NCBI GenBank assembly: GCA_002787155.1
Contig: PCVY01000065.1
Location: forward strand, 65,286 to 129,285
DNA length: 64,000 bases
DNA from: Candidatus Abzuiibacterium crystallinum
Lineage (GTDB): Bacteria > Omnitrophota > Omnitrophia > Omnitrophales > Abzuiibacteriaceae
Direction: 5' to 3'
Shown: in pieces, positions 48,192 through 58,355 of the stretch
How positions within the stretch are numbered: the stretch's first letter is position 1
Layout of the letters: each line of letters starts with the position of its first letter
Position numbers and translations under genes: made by a program
Notes under the pieces: generated by a model
Database searches by the model: none
What the model saw: the letters and a program-made list of their open reading frames with translations, nothing else
Told to the model about the DNA's origin: nothing

Positions 48192-49676
48192 TTATTCGTG
48201 ATGCCATCCCAATGAACGTATGACGGCTCGTTTCCATTGAACATATAATCGTTGACTAACTGTCTGGTTGACTCTGGGTTTAAAAACGCGATCCACGGAA
48301 CGATTTTTTAGAAACGCTTCTTTGGACGGCCAAAAATGAACAGCTAAACCGGCCAGGCCGGCTGCTCCCAGTGCTGTCGTTTCGATGATGCGCGGGCGTT
48401 CGACGCAGCTCCCCAGTAAATCAGCTTGAAATTGCATTAAAAAATTATTCGCTGCTGCACCGCCGTCTACTTGTAGTTTTTTAAGCGAGCGCCCAAGACC
48501 CTTTTCCATTTCAACCACAACATCTTTGGTTTGATAAGCAATAGATTCCAGTGCCGCGCGCGCTAAATGTTCCACTTGAGTACCGCGAGTAATCCCCAGA
48601 ATGGTGCCTCGCGCGCTTGAATCCCAATAAGGAGCCCCCAATCCCACCAATGCCGGCACAAAGTAAACACCTTCGTTTGAGGCAAGGTTTTGGGCAAGAC
48701 GGGCTGTTTCTTTGGCGTGATGAATCACTTTTAGTCCGTCACGCAGCCATTGAATCACTGCACCGCCTATAAAAACACTCCCTTCTAAAGCATAATCGAC
48801 CTGTCGCCCGATTTTCCAGGCAACGGTACTAAGCAGGTTTTTTTCGAAAATAAGTTTGTGACGCGTGTTGGTTTGTAAAAAAAGCCCCGTGCCGTAAGTA
48901 TTTTTGACAACACCGGGTTCAAAACAGCCCTGGGCAAACATGGCTCCCTGTTGATCGCCGATAATCCCTGCGATTGGAATTTCTGTGCGGAGTCCCGCGC
49001 AAGAAAGTGTGCCGATAACCCCGCTTGAATCAACCAGTTGAGGCAGCATAGAAAACGGAATGCCAAATTTTCGGCAAAGCATTTTATCCCACCGAAGTGA
49101 TTTGATATTGAGCAGCATGGTCCGGGAGGCATTGCTGTAATCAGTGACATGACATTTACCCTCGGTCATTTTCCAAATGATCCACGAATCAATGGTGCCG
49201 AATGCTAACCGTCCTTGCTTCGCTTTCTGCCGCACCCCGGAGACGTGATCTAGAATCCACTTGATTTTGGTTGCCGAAAAGTAAGAATCAATCACCAACC
49301 CTGTTTTTTGTTTAATGCGTTTAGACCATCCAGCACGCTTGAGTGCTTCGCATTCTTTTTGTGTCCGGCGGCATTGCCACACGATGGCGTTAAAAACAGG
49401 CCGGCCTGTTTTTTTGTCCCACACAACGGCTGTTTCTCTTTGATTGGTAACGCCAACGGCAGCAACCTCTTCGAGCCGCACACCGGAAAGGACTTTTTTC
49501 ATGACCCCAAATGTCGTTCGCCAAATTTCATTTGGGTCGTGTTCTACCCAGCCCGGTTTTGGAAAAATTTGGCGGAACTCTTGATAAGCTTTCTTGATGA
49601 TCCTCTGCTGGCGGTCAAAAAGAATGGCGCGGTTTCCGGTGGTTCCTAAATCAAGGGCTAAAATGTATTTTTTCAT
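48192..49676 (-). CDS. glpK: Glycerol kinase
   Basis: 494-aa FGGY kinase (ALDLGTTGNRAILFD…; GGGAAN-type C-terminal ATPase motifs). Confidence 0.85.
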   Translation of the reverse strand: MKKYILALDLGTTGNRAILFDRQQRIIKKAYQEFRQIFPKPGWVEHDPNEIWRTTFGVMKKVLSGVRLEEVAAVGVTNQRETAVVWDKKTGRPVFNAIVWQCRRTQKECEALKRAGWSKRIKQKTGLVIDSYFSATKIKWILDHVSGVRQKAKQGRLAFGTIDSWIIWKMTEGKCHVTDYSNASRTMLLNIKSLRWDKMLCRKFGIPFSMLPQLVDSSGVIGTLSCAGLRTEIPIAGIIGDQQGAMFAQGCFEPGVVKNTYGTGLFLQTNTRHKLIFEKNLLSTVAWKIGRQVDYALEGSVFIGGAVIQWLRDGLKVIHHAKETARLAQNLASNEGVYFVPALVGLGAPYWDSSARGTILGITRGTQVEHLARAALESIAYQTKDVVVEMEKGLGRSLKKLQVDGGAAANNFLMQFQADLLGSCVERPRIIETTALGAAGLAGLAVHFWPSKEAFLKNRSVDRVFKPRVNQTVSQRLYVQWKRAVIRSLGWHHE

Positions 49677-49769
49677 CTAAAACTCCTATGGTAATATCGG
49701 CTAGATGACTTTCCTGGTGCACAATCATATTTTCTGTATTAAAATAAACAAGTCTCAAAAAGAGGTCCC

Positions 49770-50144
49770 GTGAAAATCAAATTACTGATTCTACTCATTT
49801 TAATTTGTGCACTTGCCAAACCGGCATTGGCAATTGAATTTCGTGAAGTTGCTCCACAAGCTCATTACGACTCCGGTCTTTGGTATCAAGAAGAACTTTA
49901 TATTGACCGAATGTTTGGCAAGTTGCTTTTTGGTGCGTGGAATTTCTTTCTGGGCCCGTTTGAACTCATTAAAGAACCCTATGAATCAGCTTTGGTAGGA
50001 GATAACTTGATCATCGGCTTAGGGCGCGGTCTTTATTATGCCGTTGCTAATACCCTGGGCGGCTTCGCAAATGCTGTCACCTTTCCCATTACACCGCTTC
50101 GAATTCCGCTGCCTGAAGGCGGCGTCGATCACAACCGCTTCTAG
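49770..50144 (+). CDS. Small secreted protein, unknown
   Basis: 124 aa with a signal peptide (MKIKLLILLILICALAKPALA). Shares a loose Gly-rich pattern with the 62033-62716 product. Confidence 0.5.
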   Translation: MKIKLLILLILICALAKPALAIEFREVAPQAHYDSGLWYQEELYIDRMFGKLLFGAWNFFLGPFELIKEPYESALVGDNLIIGLGRGLYYAVANTLGGFANAVTFPITPLRIPLPEGGVDHNRF

Positions 50145-50154
50145 TGCGCTTTGA

Positions 50155-50192
50155 CACTTGAAATTGACAGTGTTAAGTTTCAATTTCAAGTG
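50155..50192. terminator. Hairpin between the convergent genes (49770-50144 + and metF -)
   Basis: CACTTGAAATTGA-cagtgttaagt-TCAATTTCAAGTG: a perfect 13-bp stem, with outer AGTGC/GCACT extensions. Confidence 0.6.
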
Positions 50193-50240
50193 AGCACTCC
50201 TGCCGCCTTCCCATCAAATCAATCGCCAGGCGGTACTAGT

Positions 50241-51107
50241 TCACTTCTGATTTAAATTCGACAGGATTGTTTTAACGGAACGAGACCGGTTAAGACAGTA
50301 AAAATGAATTCCGGGCACACCCTGCTTGATTAAATCTTGGCACTGTTGAGTGGCCAGTTCAATCCCATATTGTGTGGCGGCTTCGCTGTCATTTTCATAT
50401 TTTGCGAGCATCCGTCCAACAGCAGGCGGAATTTGAGATCGGCACAATGCGGTAAAACGCTTGACTTGTTGGGTGGATAAAATAGGAAGAATGCCGGGAA
50501 TCACCGGGACTTGAACACCTGCTCGGCGAACTTTGTCTAAATAGCCGTAATAGAATCGATTGTCAAAAAAAAGCTGCGTAATCACGGCATCAGCGCCTGC
50601 ATCTACTTTTTCTTTGAGATGTTGAATATCACTTTCCAAAGTCGGTGCATCCGGATGTTTTTCGGGGAAACCAGCAACCGCTACGGAAAAAAAATTGTCC
50701 CTTTTAGCTTCGCGCACCAAATCGACTGCGTGCCGGAACCCATTCGGATGCGGTTGAAATTTCTCTGTACCTTGCGGTGGGTCCCCGCGAAGCGCGATGA
50801 GATTATAAACTCCCTTTTCCTTTAAAAAATTGAGGACATTGCGGACATCTGCTTTTGATTGGCTGACAACGGTCAAATGACACATGGTCTCAACGCCGAT
50901 TTTATTTTTAAGCTCGTCAACCAATTCAAGCGTTAAATCGCGTGTTGATCCGCCGGCCCCATAAGTCATCGAAAAAAAGGTGGGATGAAATTGATTTAAA
51001 ATTTTCACCTCTTCAAAGATTTTATCCGTTCCTTCTTTTGTCTTGGGAGGAAAAAGTTCGACGGAAATATCAGGTTTTTGTGATCGGTATAATTTGCTTA
51101 AACGCAT
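50241..51107 (-). CDS. metF: 5,10-methylenetetrahydrofolate reductase
   Basis: 288-aa TIM-barrel MTHFR (…ISVELFPPKT…; FAD-binding motifs). Confidence 0.85.
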   Translation of the reverse strand: MRLSKLYRSQKPDISVELFPPKTKEGTDKIFEEVKILNQFHPTFFSMTYGAGGSTRDLTLELVDELKNKIGVETMCHLTVVSQSKADVRNVLNFLKEKGVYNLIALRGDPPQGTEKFQPHPNGFRHAVDLVREAKRDNFFSVAVAGFPEKHPDAPTLESDIQHLKEKVDAGADAVITQLFFDNRFYYGYLDKVRRAGVQVPVIPGILPILSTQQVKRFTALCRSQIPPAVGRMLAKYENDSEAATQYGIELATQQCQDLIKQGVPGIHFYCLNRSRSVKTILSNLNQK

Positions 51108-51185
51108 CAGGATGCCTGTGATTGATAATAAGGTGAATTATATCAAATGAAGCGATGTCTCGTCATATGAAAAACAAGGCCGTCA

Positions 51186-51908
51186 ATGTTCCGGCCAGAT
51201 CTTCCGATAATACAGGATATGAAATTGTCTATTGTGATTCCTTGTTACAACGAAAAAAATACCATTGAACGGCTCATTCGAGCCGTTTTGGCCGCACCTT
51301 TTCCTGATAAAGAAATCATTGTCGTTGATGATGGCTCAGCGGACGGTACCCGGGACATTTTAAAATCCACGATTGCTCCGCTCGTCTCTCAAGTCATCTA
51401 CCACGAAAAAAACCAAGGTAAGGGAGCTGCGCTTCGGACCGGTTTTCAGCAAGCAACGGGCGATATTGTTTTGGTGCAAGATGCTGATTTAGAATATGAC
51501 CCTCAGGAATACACCAAATTAGTTGAACCCATTGTGGAGGGTCGTGCAGATGCCGTTTTTGGCTCGCGATTCATTGGCGGTGATTCACATCGGGTTGTTT
51601 ATTTTTGGCACTTTGTCGGAAATAAAGTCGTGACGTTTTTATCAAACATGTTTACTAATATTAATTTAACGGATATGGAAGCCTGTTACAAAGTTTTTAG
51701 ACGGGAATTGCTCCAAAAAATTACGATTGAAGAAAATTCGTTTGGATTTGAACCTGAAGTCACAGCTAAAATTGCTAAACTCAAGTGCCGCATTTATGAA
51801 GTCGGTATTTCTTACGCGGGAAGAACTTACAGTGAGGGCAAAAAGATCAATTGGCAAGACGGTTTTTGGGCCATTTGGTGTATTTTAAAGTACAATATCC
51901 TGCGTTGA
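51186..51908 (+). CDS. Family 2 glycosyltransferase (polyprenyl-phosphate sugar transferase-like)
   Basis: [10 protein letters not shown]…[10 protein letters not shown]…[10 protein letters not shown] are the GT2 DXD/ED motifs. The probable start is the internal MKLSIV (near 51222). Confidence 0.8.
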   Translation: MFRPDLPIIQDMKLSIVIPCYNEKNTIERLIRAVLAAPFPDKEIIVVDDGSADGTRDILKSTIAPLVSQVIYHEKNQGKGAALRTGFQQATGDIVLVQDADLEYDPQEYTKLVEPIVEGRADAVFGSRFIGGDSHRVVYFWHFVGNKVVTFLSNMFTNINLTDMEACYKVFRRELLQKITIEENSFGFEPEVTAKIAKLKCRIYEVGISYAGRTYSEGKKINWQDGFWAIWCILKYNILR

Positions 51909-51924
51909 ATTCGTACCTGCCATA

Positions 51925-52884
51925 TCACTTCTTTCGAAGGCAGGCCAAATAAAAACCTTCCATATAGTTATTAGGTAAAATCCGGACGCTTTGCCGCACG
52001 CCAGGCAAAAATGGTTTCCCCTGCCAACCCATCAAACCCGCGACATGATTAGGGAAAGAAAGCTTAATCGGCATCATTTCAAGCATATCCGTAAATTTCT
52101 TAAGCGCCCAATCAATCACGCCTTCATTTTCTTCGGGCGCAAAAGTACAAGTGGAATACAATAAAAGACCGCCCGGCCGGAGTGCTGAGAGCGCCGCATG
52201 CAAAAGTTTTTTCTGCTTCTGCTGCATTTCTTTCACTTTGCGCGGTTTCCAGTATTTGAAACTTGCCGGGTCGCTCACTAAAAATCTGCCTTCCGAACTG
52301 CATGGCACATCTAACAAAACACGGTCAAAATAATTCGGATATTTCCGGCCAAATGATTCACCATAACTTAAAGTGGTTTTAACAAAATCACAGCCTTGTG
52401 TTTTTAAATTGGCCTTCAACTTGAAAAACCGCACTTGATTGTTGTCGTTGGCGACTAATTCGCCATCCCCTTGCATCATGGCCGCCATTTGTGTGGTTTT
52501 ACTGCCCGGTGCAGCAGCCAAATCCAGCACCTTTTCTCCCGGTTGCGGATTTAAAATTAATGGCGGCACCATGCTGGAAAGTGCTTGCACATAAATCTGG
52601 CCGTTTTCGTAAACGGCTGTTTTTTGTAAATCCCGAAGCCGTCCTTTCTGAAGCACAAAAGCCCCCGGGCACCAAGACACGGGATGAATCTGAAAACCAT
52701 CCGCATTTAATTTTTCTCGGACAATTTCAACCGATGGTGCTTTCAGCGGATTGATACGAAAAGTGGTAGGCCTTTCTACTGCAAATAAATTAACTAATTC
52801 ATGATATTTGTGTGCAGGGAAAACCTGTTTTAAACGTCCAAGAAATTCTTCGGGAAGTCTATTAATTTCGGATCGCATGGGCAA
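51925..52884 (-). CDS. NOL1/NOP2/Sun-family RNA m5C methyltransferase (RsmB/RsmF-like)
   Basis: SAM motif LDLAAAPGSKTT, motif IV DRVLLDVPCSSEG and catalytic Cys TCT. 319 aa. Confidence 0.8.
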   Translation of the reverse strand: MPMRSEINRLPEEFLGRLKQVFPAHKYHELVNLFAVERPTTFRINPLKAPSVEIVREKLNADGFQIHPVSWCPGAFVLQKGRLRDLQKTAVYENGQIYVQALSSMVPPLILNPQPGEKVLDLAAAPGSKTTQMAAMMQGDGELVANDNNQVRFFKLKANLKTQGCDFVKTTLSYGESFGRKYPNYFDRVLLDVPCSSEGRFLVSDPASFKYWKPRKVKEMQQKQKKLLHAALSALRPGGLLLYSTCTFAPEENEGVIDWALKKFTDMLEMMPIKLSFPNHVAGLMGWQGKPFLPGVRQSVRILPNNYMEGFYLACLRKK

Positions 52885-52890
52885 GGCAAA

Positions 52891-55800
52891 TCACGAATGA
52901 CTCTTGCTGCGAAGGGCTGATTGCATCAATTTGTCCCATTGTGTTTGCCAAAAAGAAATGGTTAAAAGTTTACGGCGTTTAACAGGATTTTCCAATGGCA
53001 CAAGTCCTTCATAAGCGCAAGGCACCACAATGAGTGTCAGAATGGTCGACACCAACACGCCGCCAATCACTGCCACCGCCATCGGAATACGGGTTTCGGC
53101 GCCCGGCCCCAAGGCCAAAGCCGGCGGAATAGCGGCGGCAATGGTTGAAATGGATGTCATCATAATTGGTCTGAACCGAATGGGGCATGCTTTCATCAGA
53201 GCCTCATGCGGCGGTAAACCTTCTTCACGTAATTGATTGGTAAATTCCACCAACAAGATAGAATTCTTTTTCACAATTCCCATTAAAAGCAAAAGACCGA
53301 TCATGCTAAATACATTCAACGAGAAATTCCCCATCCAAAGTGCAATCAATGCCCCCGAAATACTAAACGGTAACGCCAATAAAACGGTAAACGGATGAAT
53401 CACGTGATTAAATTGAGATGCCAACACCATGTAAGCAATCACAATGCCAAGCCACAAAGCAAAAAATAAACTTGAGAAAGATTCTTGAAATGTTTGGCTG
53501 CTGCCGCTAAAAATAATTCTGTAATCTTCGGACAGGATTCGTTTCCCAATTTGACGTGCAAGCGCAATGGCATCTGCCTGTGATTTTCCGTCCCCAACAT
53601 TGGCGAAAACACCGAAGGCCCGTTCCCTGTCCCTTCTTGTAATCGTTAAAAGACTAAGCTGTTCCTTGATTTGAATAACTTCTGAAAGTCTGACAAGTTC
53701 GCCGCGATTATTGCGCACCAATAAATTTTCGATGTCCTCAGGTGTTTGCCGCCCTTCTTTGCGGACACTCACCCGCACATCATAACGTCTTCCCCCGCGC
53801 GTGTACTTAGAAACGCGCTCGCCTGCAATCAACGTATTAATAGTCCGTGCAATTGCGTTCACGGAAACGCCCCGGCTGGTGGCAGCATCCCGGTCGGGAT
53901 AAATGCGAACTTCAGGCATTCCTTCGATATAATCCGTATCCACATCCTGGAACAAATCACTTTTTTTCATCTCGGTTTGAATTTGTTCGGCATAAGTGAC
54001 TAACTTTTCCCAGTCCGGCCCTCGTACCGTAAATTCAATCGGAAAACCGCGCTGGGCGGCAAACCCTCGGGTGGAAAGATCCTGCAACACTGCTTTGAGA
54101 TCAGGTACGGCATTTAAATCTTTGCGAGCACGCGCCATAATCTCCTGTTGGGTTAGCCGGCGATGTGTTTTAGGATCGCGCGGTCTGTCTTTTGGCTGCT
54201 TGAGCGTTATAAAAATGACTCCCTGGTTGGCTCCGCCGCCGCCAAATCCGCCAACAGCCGCAAAATAACGCTCAATTTCAGGATATTGGCTGACAATCTC
54301 TTCGGCATTCTTAAAACGCTCGTTCGTGAACTCGATAGAGGATCCGATGGGTGTTTTAAGGCGAGCCATAAACATGCTTTGATCCTGAACAGGAACAAAT
54401 TCGCGGCGGATGCGCGGAATAAGGGTCAGCGTTGCCAAGAAAAAGAGAAAAGCCAATACAATAACTTTTTTCTTACGAACCAATACAAATCTAAGCACGC
54501 GCTCATAGACTTGGCCCGAATATTTAACGCTGCTTTCAAACCACCGGCCGAAATGAGTTTTACGCTTACTGATTTCTAGAAATTGCGAACAACGCATGGG
54601 CGCAAACGTAACAGCTTCCAATAAAGAAAGCATCACTGCTACTGAAATCGTAATTCCAAATTGTAAGAAAAATTTTCCGATGATGCCTTTCATAAAAACA
54701 ACAGGTAAAAAAATAGCCACAAGCGCAGTGGTGGCAACAAGCGCCGCCATATAAATTTGTTGAGCTCCGTTTAAGGCCGCATCGTGTTGTGACTCGCCCA
54801 TTTCTCGATGGCGGACAATATTCTCCAATACCATGATGGCGTCATCCACCACAATACCAATCGCAAGCGTTAACCCCAATAGCGTAAACGTGTTGAGCGT
54901 AAAACCGGCAAATTTCAGACAGATAAAAGCGCCGAGCAACGAAGTGGGAATGGCGAGCAGAATATTAACGGTGCTGCTCCATGAGCCCAAGAAAAGCCAA
55001 CAAACAAGCGAGGTAAGTGCGGCGGAGAGTATCATCGTAAAAATCAATTCGTTAACGGCATCTTCGATAAAGCGGGTGCTGTCAAAATTAATCCCGATCG
55101 CCATATCTTTAGGCAAAGTCTCTTGTAGTTCACGAACTCGCTGCTTCACTTCATGAGCAACTTTAACGGTATTAGCACCTCTTTGTTTCCGAATACCTAA
55201 TCCAACAGAGGTTTTGCCGTTGACACGGGAGATACGCCTCACATCTGCCATACCATCCTCAATGCTAGCGACTGCCTGGAGCGGGATCGATTTATACATG
55301 GGCTGGCCACCACGAAAATTAATCGTGATATTTCTAAAATCTTCCACAGTTCTGACCTCGCCCATGACTCGAACGTTTGACTCTTTTTTCTTCGTTTCAA
55401 GCTGACCGGCCGGTATTTCCAAATGCTCTGTTTGGATGGAATTAACAATATCGTCTACCGTCAGTTCATAAGCCGCTAATTTCTTGGGGTCGATCCACAC
55501 TCTTAGGTTAGGCTCCGTATAACCGCCCAGAAAAACTTCTCCAACACCAGGAACTGTTTTAAACCTGTCTTCCACTTGACGATCAATAAACTGCATGAGC
55601 TCTGAAAGCGGCCTGTCTCCGGAAACACCCACCCACATGATGGGCTGATCCTCAGGGTTGCTTTTGCGAATCACGGGCGGGTCAATATCTTCGGGTAAAC
55701 GTCTTTGAACTTCTGAAAGCTTACTTTGCGCTTCTTGAAGCGCAGCATCAATGTCACGCTCCAATTCAAACTCGAGTGTAATGCTGGCTGATCCATGGCG

Positions 55801-56052
55801 AGATGAAGATGAGATGTCGCGCAGGCCTTCGATTCCCATCATGGCATCTTCCACCACATCAACCACATCAATTTCCATGACTTCAGGAGAAGCCCCTTCC
55901 CAAGAAACACTGATACTGAGAATTGGAAAATCAACGTCCGGCATTTGGCTGATGCCCATGCCGCGAAAACACAGATAACCAAAAAGCATCATGCCCAGCA
56001 TGAGCATCCAGGCAAAAACTGGTTTTTTAATCGATAGTTCAGGCAGTGTCAC
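52891..56052 (-). CDS. RND (HAE1-type) multidrug efflux transporter, AcrB-like
   Basis: 1053 aa with 12 TM helices and two large periplasmic loops. Canonical AcrB N-terminus and motif regions. Confidence 0.9.
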   Translation of the reverse strand: MTLPELSIKKPVFAWMLMLGMMLFGYLCFRGMGISQMPDVDFPILSISVSWEGASPEVMEIDVVDVVEDAMMGIEGLRDISSSSRHGSASITLEFELERDIDAALQEAQSKLSEVQRRLPEDIDPPVIRKSNPEDQPIMWVGVSGDRPLSELMQFIDRQVEDRFKTVPGVGEVFLGGYTEPNLRVWIDPKKLAAYELTVDDIVNSIQTEHLEIPAGQLETKKKESNVRVMGEVRTVEDFRNITINFRGGQPMYKSIPLQAVASIEDGMADVRRISRVNGKTSVGLGIRKQRGANTVKVAHEVKQRVRELQETLPKDMAIGINFDSTRFIEDAVNELIFTMILSAALTSLVCWLFLGSWSSTVNILLAIPTSLLGAFICLKFAGFTLNTFTLLGLTLAIGIVVDDAIMVLENIVRHREMGESQHDAALNGAQQIYMAALVATTALVAIFLPVVFMKGIIGKFFLQFGITISVAVMLSLLEAVTFAPMRCSQFLEISKRKTHFGRWFESSVKYSGQVYERVLRFVLVRKKKVIVLAFLFFLATLTLIPRIRREFVPVQDQSMFMARLKTPIGSSIEFTNERFKNAEEIVSQYPEIERYFAAVGGFGGGGANQGVIFITLKQPKDRPRDPKTHRRLTQQEIMARARKDLNAVPDLKAVLQDLSTRGFAAQRGFPIEFTVRGPDWEKLVTYAEQIQTEMKKSDLFQDVDTDYIEGMPEVRIYPDRDAATSRGVSVNAIARTINTLIAGERVSKYTRGGRRYDVRVSVRKEGRQTPEDIENLLVRNNRGELVRLSEVIQIKEQLSLLTITRRDRERAFGVFANVGDGKSQADAIALARQIGKRILSEDYRIIFSGSSQTFQESFSSLFFALWLGIVIAYMVLASQFNHVIHPFTVLLALPFSISGALIALWMGNFSLNVFSMIGLLLLMGIVKKNSILLVEFTNQLREEGLPPHEALMKACPIRFRPIMMTSISTIAAAIPPALALGPGAETRIPMAVAVIGGVLVSTILTLIVVPCAYEGLVPLENPVKRRKLLTISFWQTQWDKLMQSALRSKSHS

Positions 56053-57388
56053 AGCAATCCCCGGATGACATCTTAAAATCCCAATAATTGGTATTCATTT
56101 CCGAATAAGCACGGCTAACATTCAGCCGCGCATCACTGAAAGACTCAAGCGCCTCTAACACATCAAGATTGTTGACCAAGTTATGCTCGTAATCCTCTTT
56201 TTGAAGTTTGTAGTTCTCCTCTGAAGCGCTTTGAGCATCTTGTAACGCTTTTAATTCTTCAAAAGAACTATTCCACAAATCCCATGCTTGCTTAAGTTCA
56301 AGTTCGGCTTGCCGTTTGGCTTCCGAATAAGTATGTTCGGCAGTTTTCAGGTCACTCACAGCTGCTTTAATGGCACTCATGGTCGTACCGCCTTTAAAAA
56401 GCGGAATATCAAATGTCAGCAAGAGGTCCCAATCAATACCGGATTGAAACCCTTCCCGCTTTTCATATAAATTACCATCAACAGAAATTTCCGGCCACAA
56501 ATCGCTTTGGGCTTTGGTAATATTGCGTTTGGCAATTTGAAGCGCCAGGAAAGCGGCTTTGACATCCGCTCTTTCTTCGATGTTCTCCAAAGCGGTTTCA
56601 ATCTGGCTGGATGGCACTTGTGGTTCCTGGGTTTCGATGAGCGTTCGGTGATCAAGCGAAACACCTGTTAGAAATTCCATCACGCGTTTTTCGGCCGAGA
56701 GCATGCCGCGTGAACGTGCCAAATCTGCTTGTTTTGTTTTAATACGTGTCATTGCTGTCGCCACCTCACTAGGTCTTGAACGGCCGATGGCTTCGCGTTC
56801 ATGGAGTTCTTTGATGCGTTCATCCAAATAAGTGACGATTTCTTCAGTAATGACAATGTCCTTTTGATAATGAACAATATTATAAAATGATTCTGCCACG
56901 TCATAAAAAAGGAGTTGTTCTGCCCTTAAACGTTCATAAGTACGTTCTTTTCTGAGATTCCCCGCAGCACGAACAGCAGCTAAAGCTTTAAAACCTCTAA
57001 ACAGAGGTTGGCTAAAAGTAAAATAACGCGAACGCCGGCTAGACCGTGTGGCGGTTGAAGTTGCGCCCGCATCTCCTGCGGCGCCATGCTGAACTTCCTG
57101 ATAAAAGTGCGTGAGCTTAAAATCCGCGTCCCCGATGGTATCACCTGCTGCTGCTAAAAAATCAGCCCAGGTTTTCTCGATGGCAATATCTTGCATGGCT
57201 AAATTGTCACTGTGTTTAAGCGCAAGACGATAACAATCGCCCAAGCTAAGCGGCGGTTCCGCTTTAAAAGCAGTTCTTTTTTGCTCTCGATATTCATCCG
57301 GCACACGGCCTGCCATAGGCCATCCCGGCGTTGGGATGCTCGTAGAAAACACGATGAAGGCGGCGATTATTTGGTTAAGTTTTCTCAT
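56039..57388 (-). CDS. TolC-family outer membrane efflux protein
   Basis: 449 aa with a signal peptide and a duplicated helical/beta OEP architecture. Its stop overlaps the RND start by 14 nt. Confidence 0.8.
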   Translation of the reverse strand: MRKLNQIIAAFIVFSTSIPTPGWPMAGRVPDEYREQKRTAFKAEPPLSLGDCYRLALKHSDNLAMQDIAIEKTWADFLAAAGDTIGDADFKLTHFYQEVQHGAAGDAGATSTATRSSRRSRYFTFSQPLFRGFKALAAVRAAGNLRKERTYERLRAEQLLFYDVAESFYNIVHYQKDIVITEEIVTYLDERIKELHEREAIGRSRPSEVATAMTRIKTKQADLARSRGMLSAEKRVMEFLTGVSLDHRTLIETQEPQVPSSQIETALENIEERADVKAAFLALQIAKRNITKAQSDLWPEISVDGNLYEKREGFQSGIDWDLLLTFDIPLFKGGTTMSAIKAAVSDLKTAEHTYSEAKRQAELELKQAWDLWNSSFEELKALQDAQSASEENYKLQKEDYEHNLVNNLDVLEALESFSDARLNVSRAYSEMNTNYWDFKMSSGDCCDTA

Positions 57389-57840
57389 CGAAATTTAAAA
57401 TAGTTCCGGCTTTGAAGTGCTTTTGCCACGCGTAAAGACAAATTTTGTTGATATTTTAGGATCACTTTCCGTTCCCGTACACTCATGTCGTTTAATACAC
57501 GAATTCTAAATTGAAAAACTTGGTTTTGAATACGTTTAACCGCTGACTTACCTTTGGGTGTGACTTGAATAAAATAGGAACGTTTGTCGGTGCGGCTATT
57601 TTCTTTCCTAATCCAATCATGTCGAATGAGCCGTTTGATCATAGGCGTCAAACATGGCTTTGAAATATAAAGGCGTTTAGCAAGTTCGGTAAATGACATA
57701 GGGCCCAATTCTACCAGTTGATTTAATAAAACATATTGGGGAAGTGTGATGCCGGCCTGCCTAAAAGCGCAAGCATACATACGCGAAACATGCAAATGTA
57801 AATCACGCATGCCGTTGATTGAAGTTGTGTATTGTTTCAT
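57385..57840 (-). CDS. MarR-family transcriptional regulator
   Basis: Winged helix (…LPQYVLLNQLVELGPMSFTELAKRLYISKPCLTPMIKRL…DKRSYFIQVTPKGK…). It overlaps the OMF start by 4 nt. Confidence 0.8.
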   Translation of the reverse strand: MKQYTTSINGMRDLHLHVSRMYACAFRQAGITLPQYVLLNQLVELGPMSFTELAKRLYISKPCLTPMIKRLIRHDWIRKENSRTDKRSYFIQVTPKGKSAVKRIQNQVFQFRIRVLNDMSVRERKVILKYQQNLSLRVAKALQSRNYFKFR

Positions 57841-57862
57841 TATTGATGTGTTTCTGTATATT

Positions 57863-57881
57863 TAGTTAACTAAGTTAACTA
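57863..57881. promoter_or_regulatory. Candidate MarR operator: tandem palindromes TAGTTAACT-A-AGTTAACTA just upstream of marR
   Basis: Seen directly in sequence. The AGTTAACT palindrome occurs twice, 23-41 nt upstream of the marR start codon. Confidence 0.45.
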
Positions 57882-57963
57882 TATCACGGGGAGATATCCT
57901 AACGAAGGATGTTTTGGAAAGCAAGCAGGAAAAGCGTCAAAGAAAATAAAAGGACCTCCCGGC

Positions 57964-58302
57964 TTATAAACTCATGGTTTTACTATGATGTTTCTCCATG
58001 AATTTAACAAGCTGGCGTTCGGCAGCATCAAAACTTTCCCGCACCAATTTGGGAAGCACGCTTGCACCATCAGCCCCGATGGCTTCACGTGTCACATCAA
58101 GCTCATGGCCTTTGGGAATATGTAAATCGATTCGGATTCGATAAGGATTGCCCTTTTTATGATGATGCTGGGTCATTTCAACTGCGACACGGCAGCTCAT
58201 GATATAACTGCAAAACCGCTCTAACTTGGCTGCTCTTTCTTCGATCAGCGCATCTAAAGCGAGGTCTTTATCAAGATGCCGATAAACGGATTGTGGTTTC
58301 AT
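57964..58302 (-). CDS. hpf: Ribosome hibernation promoting factor / RaiA (S30AE family)
   Basis: The S30AE core starts at the internal MKPQSVYRHLDKDLAL… The track ORF carries an N-terminal extension overlapping the GH1 gene. Confidence 0.7.
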   Translation of the reverse strand: MKPQSVYRHLDKDLALDALIEERAAKLERFCSYIMSCRVAVEMTQHHHKKGNPYRIRIDLHIPKGHELDVTREAIGADGASVLPKLVRESFDAAERQLVKFMEKHHSKTMSL

Positions 58303-58355
58303 TGCTATTAGTCTACAAGATTTGAAAGCTTTTTTCCAGTGCCAAAGAATGAGGC

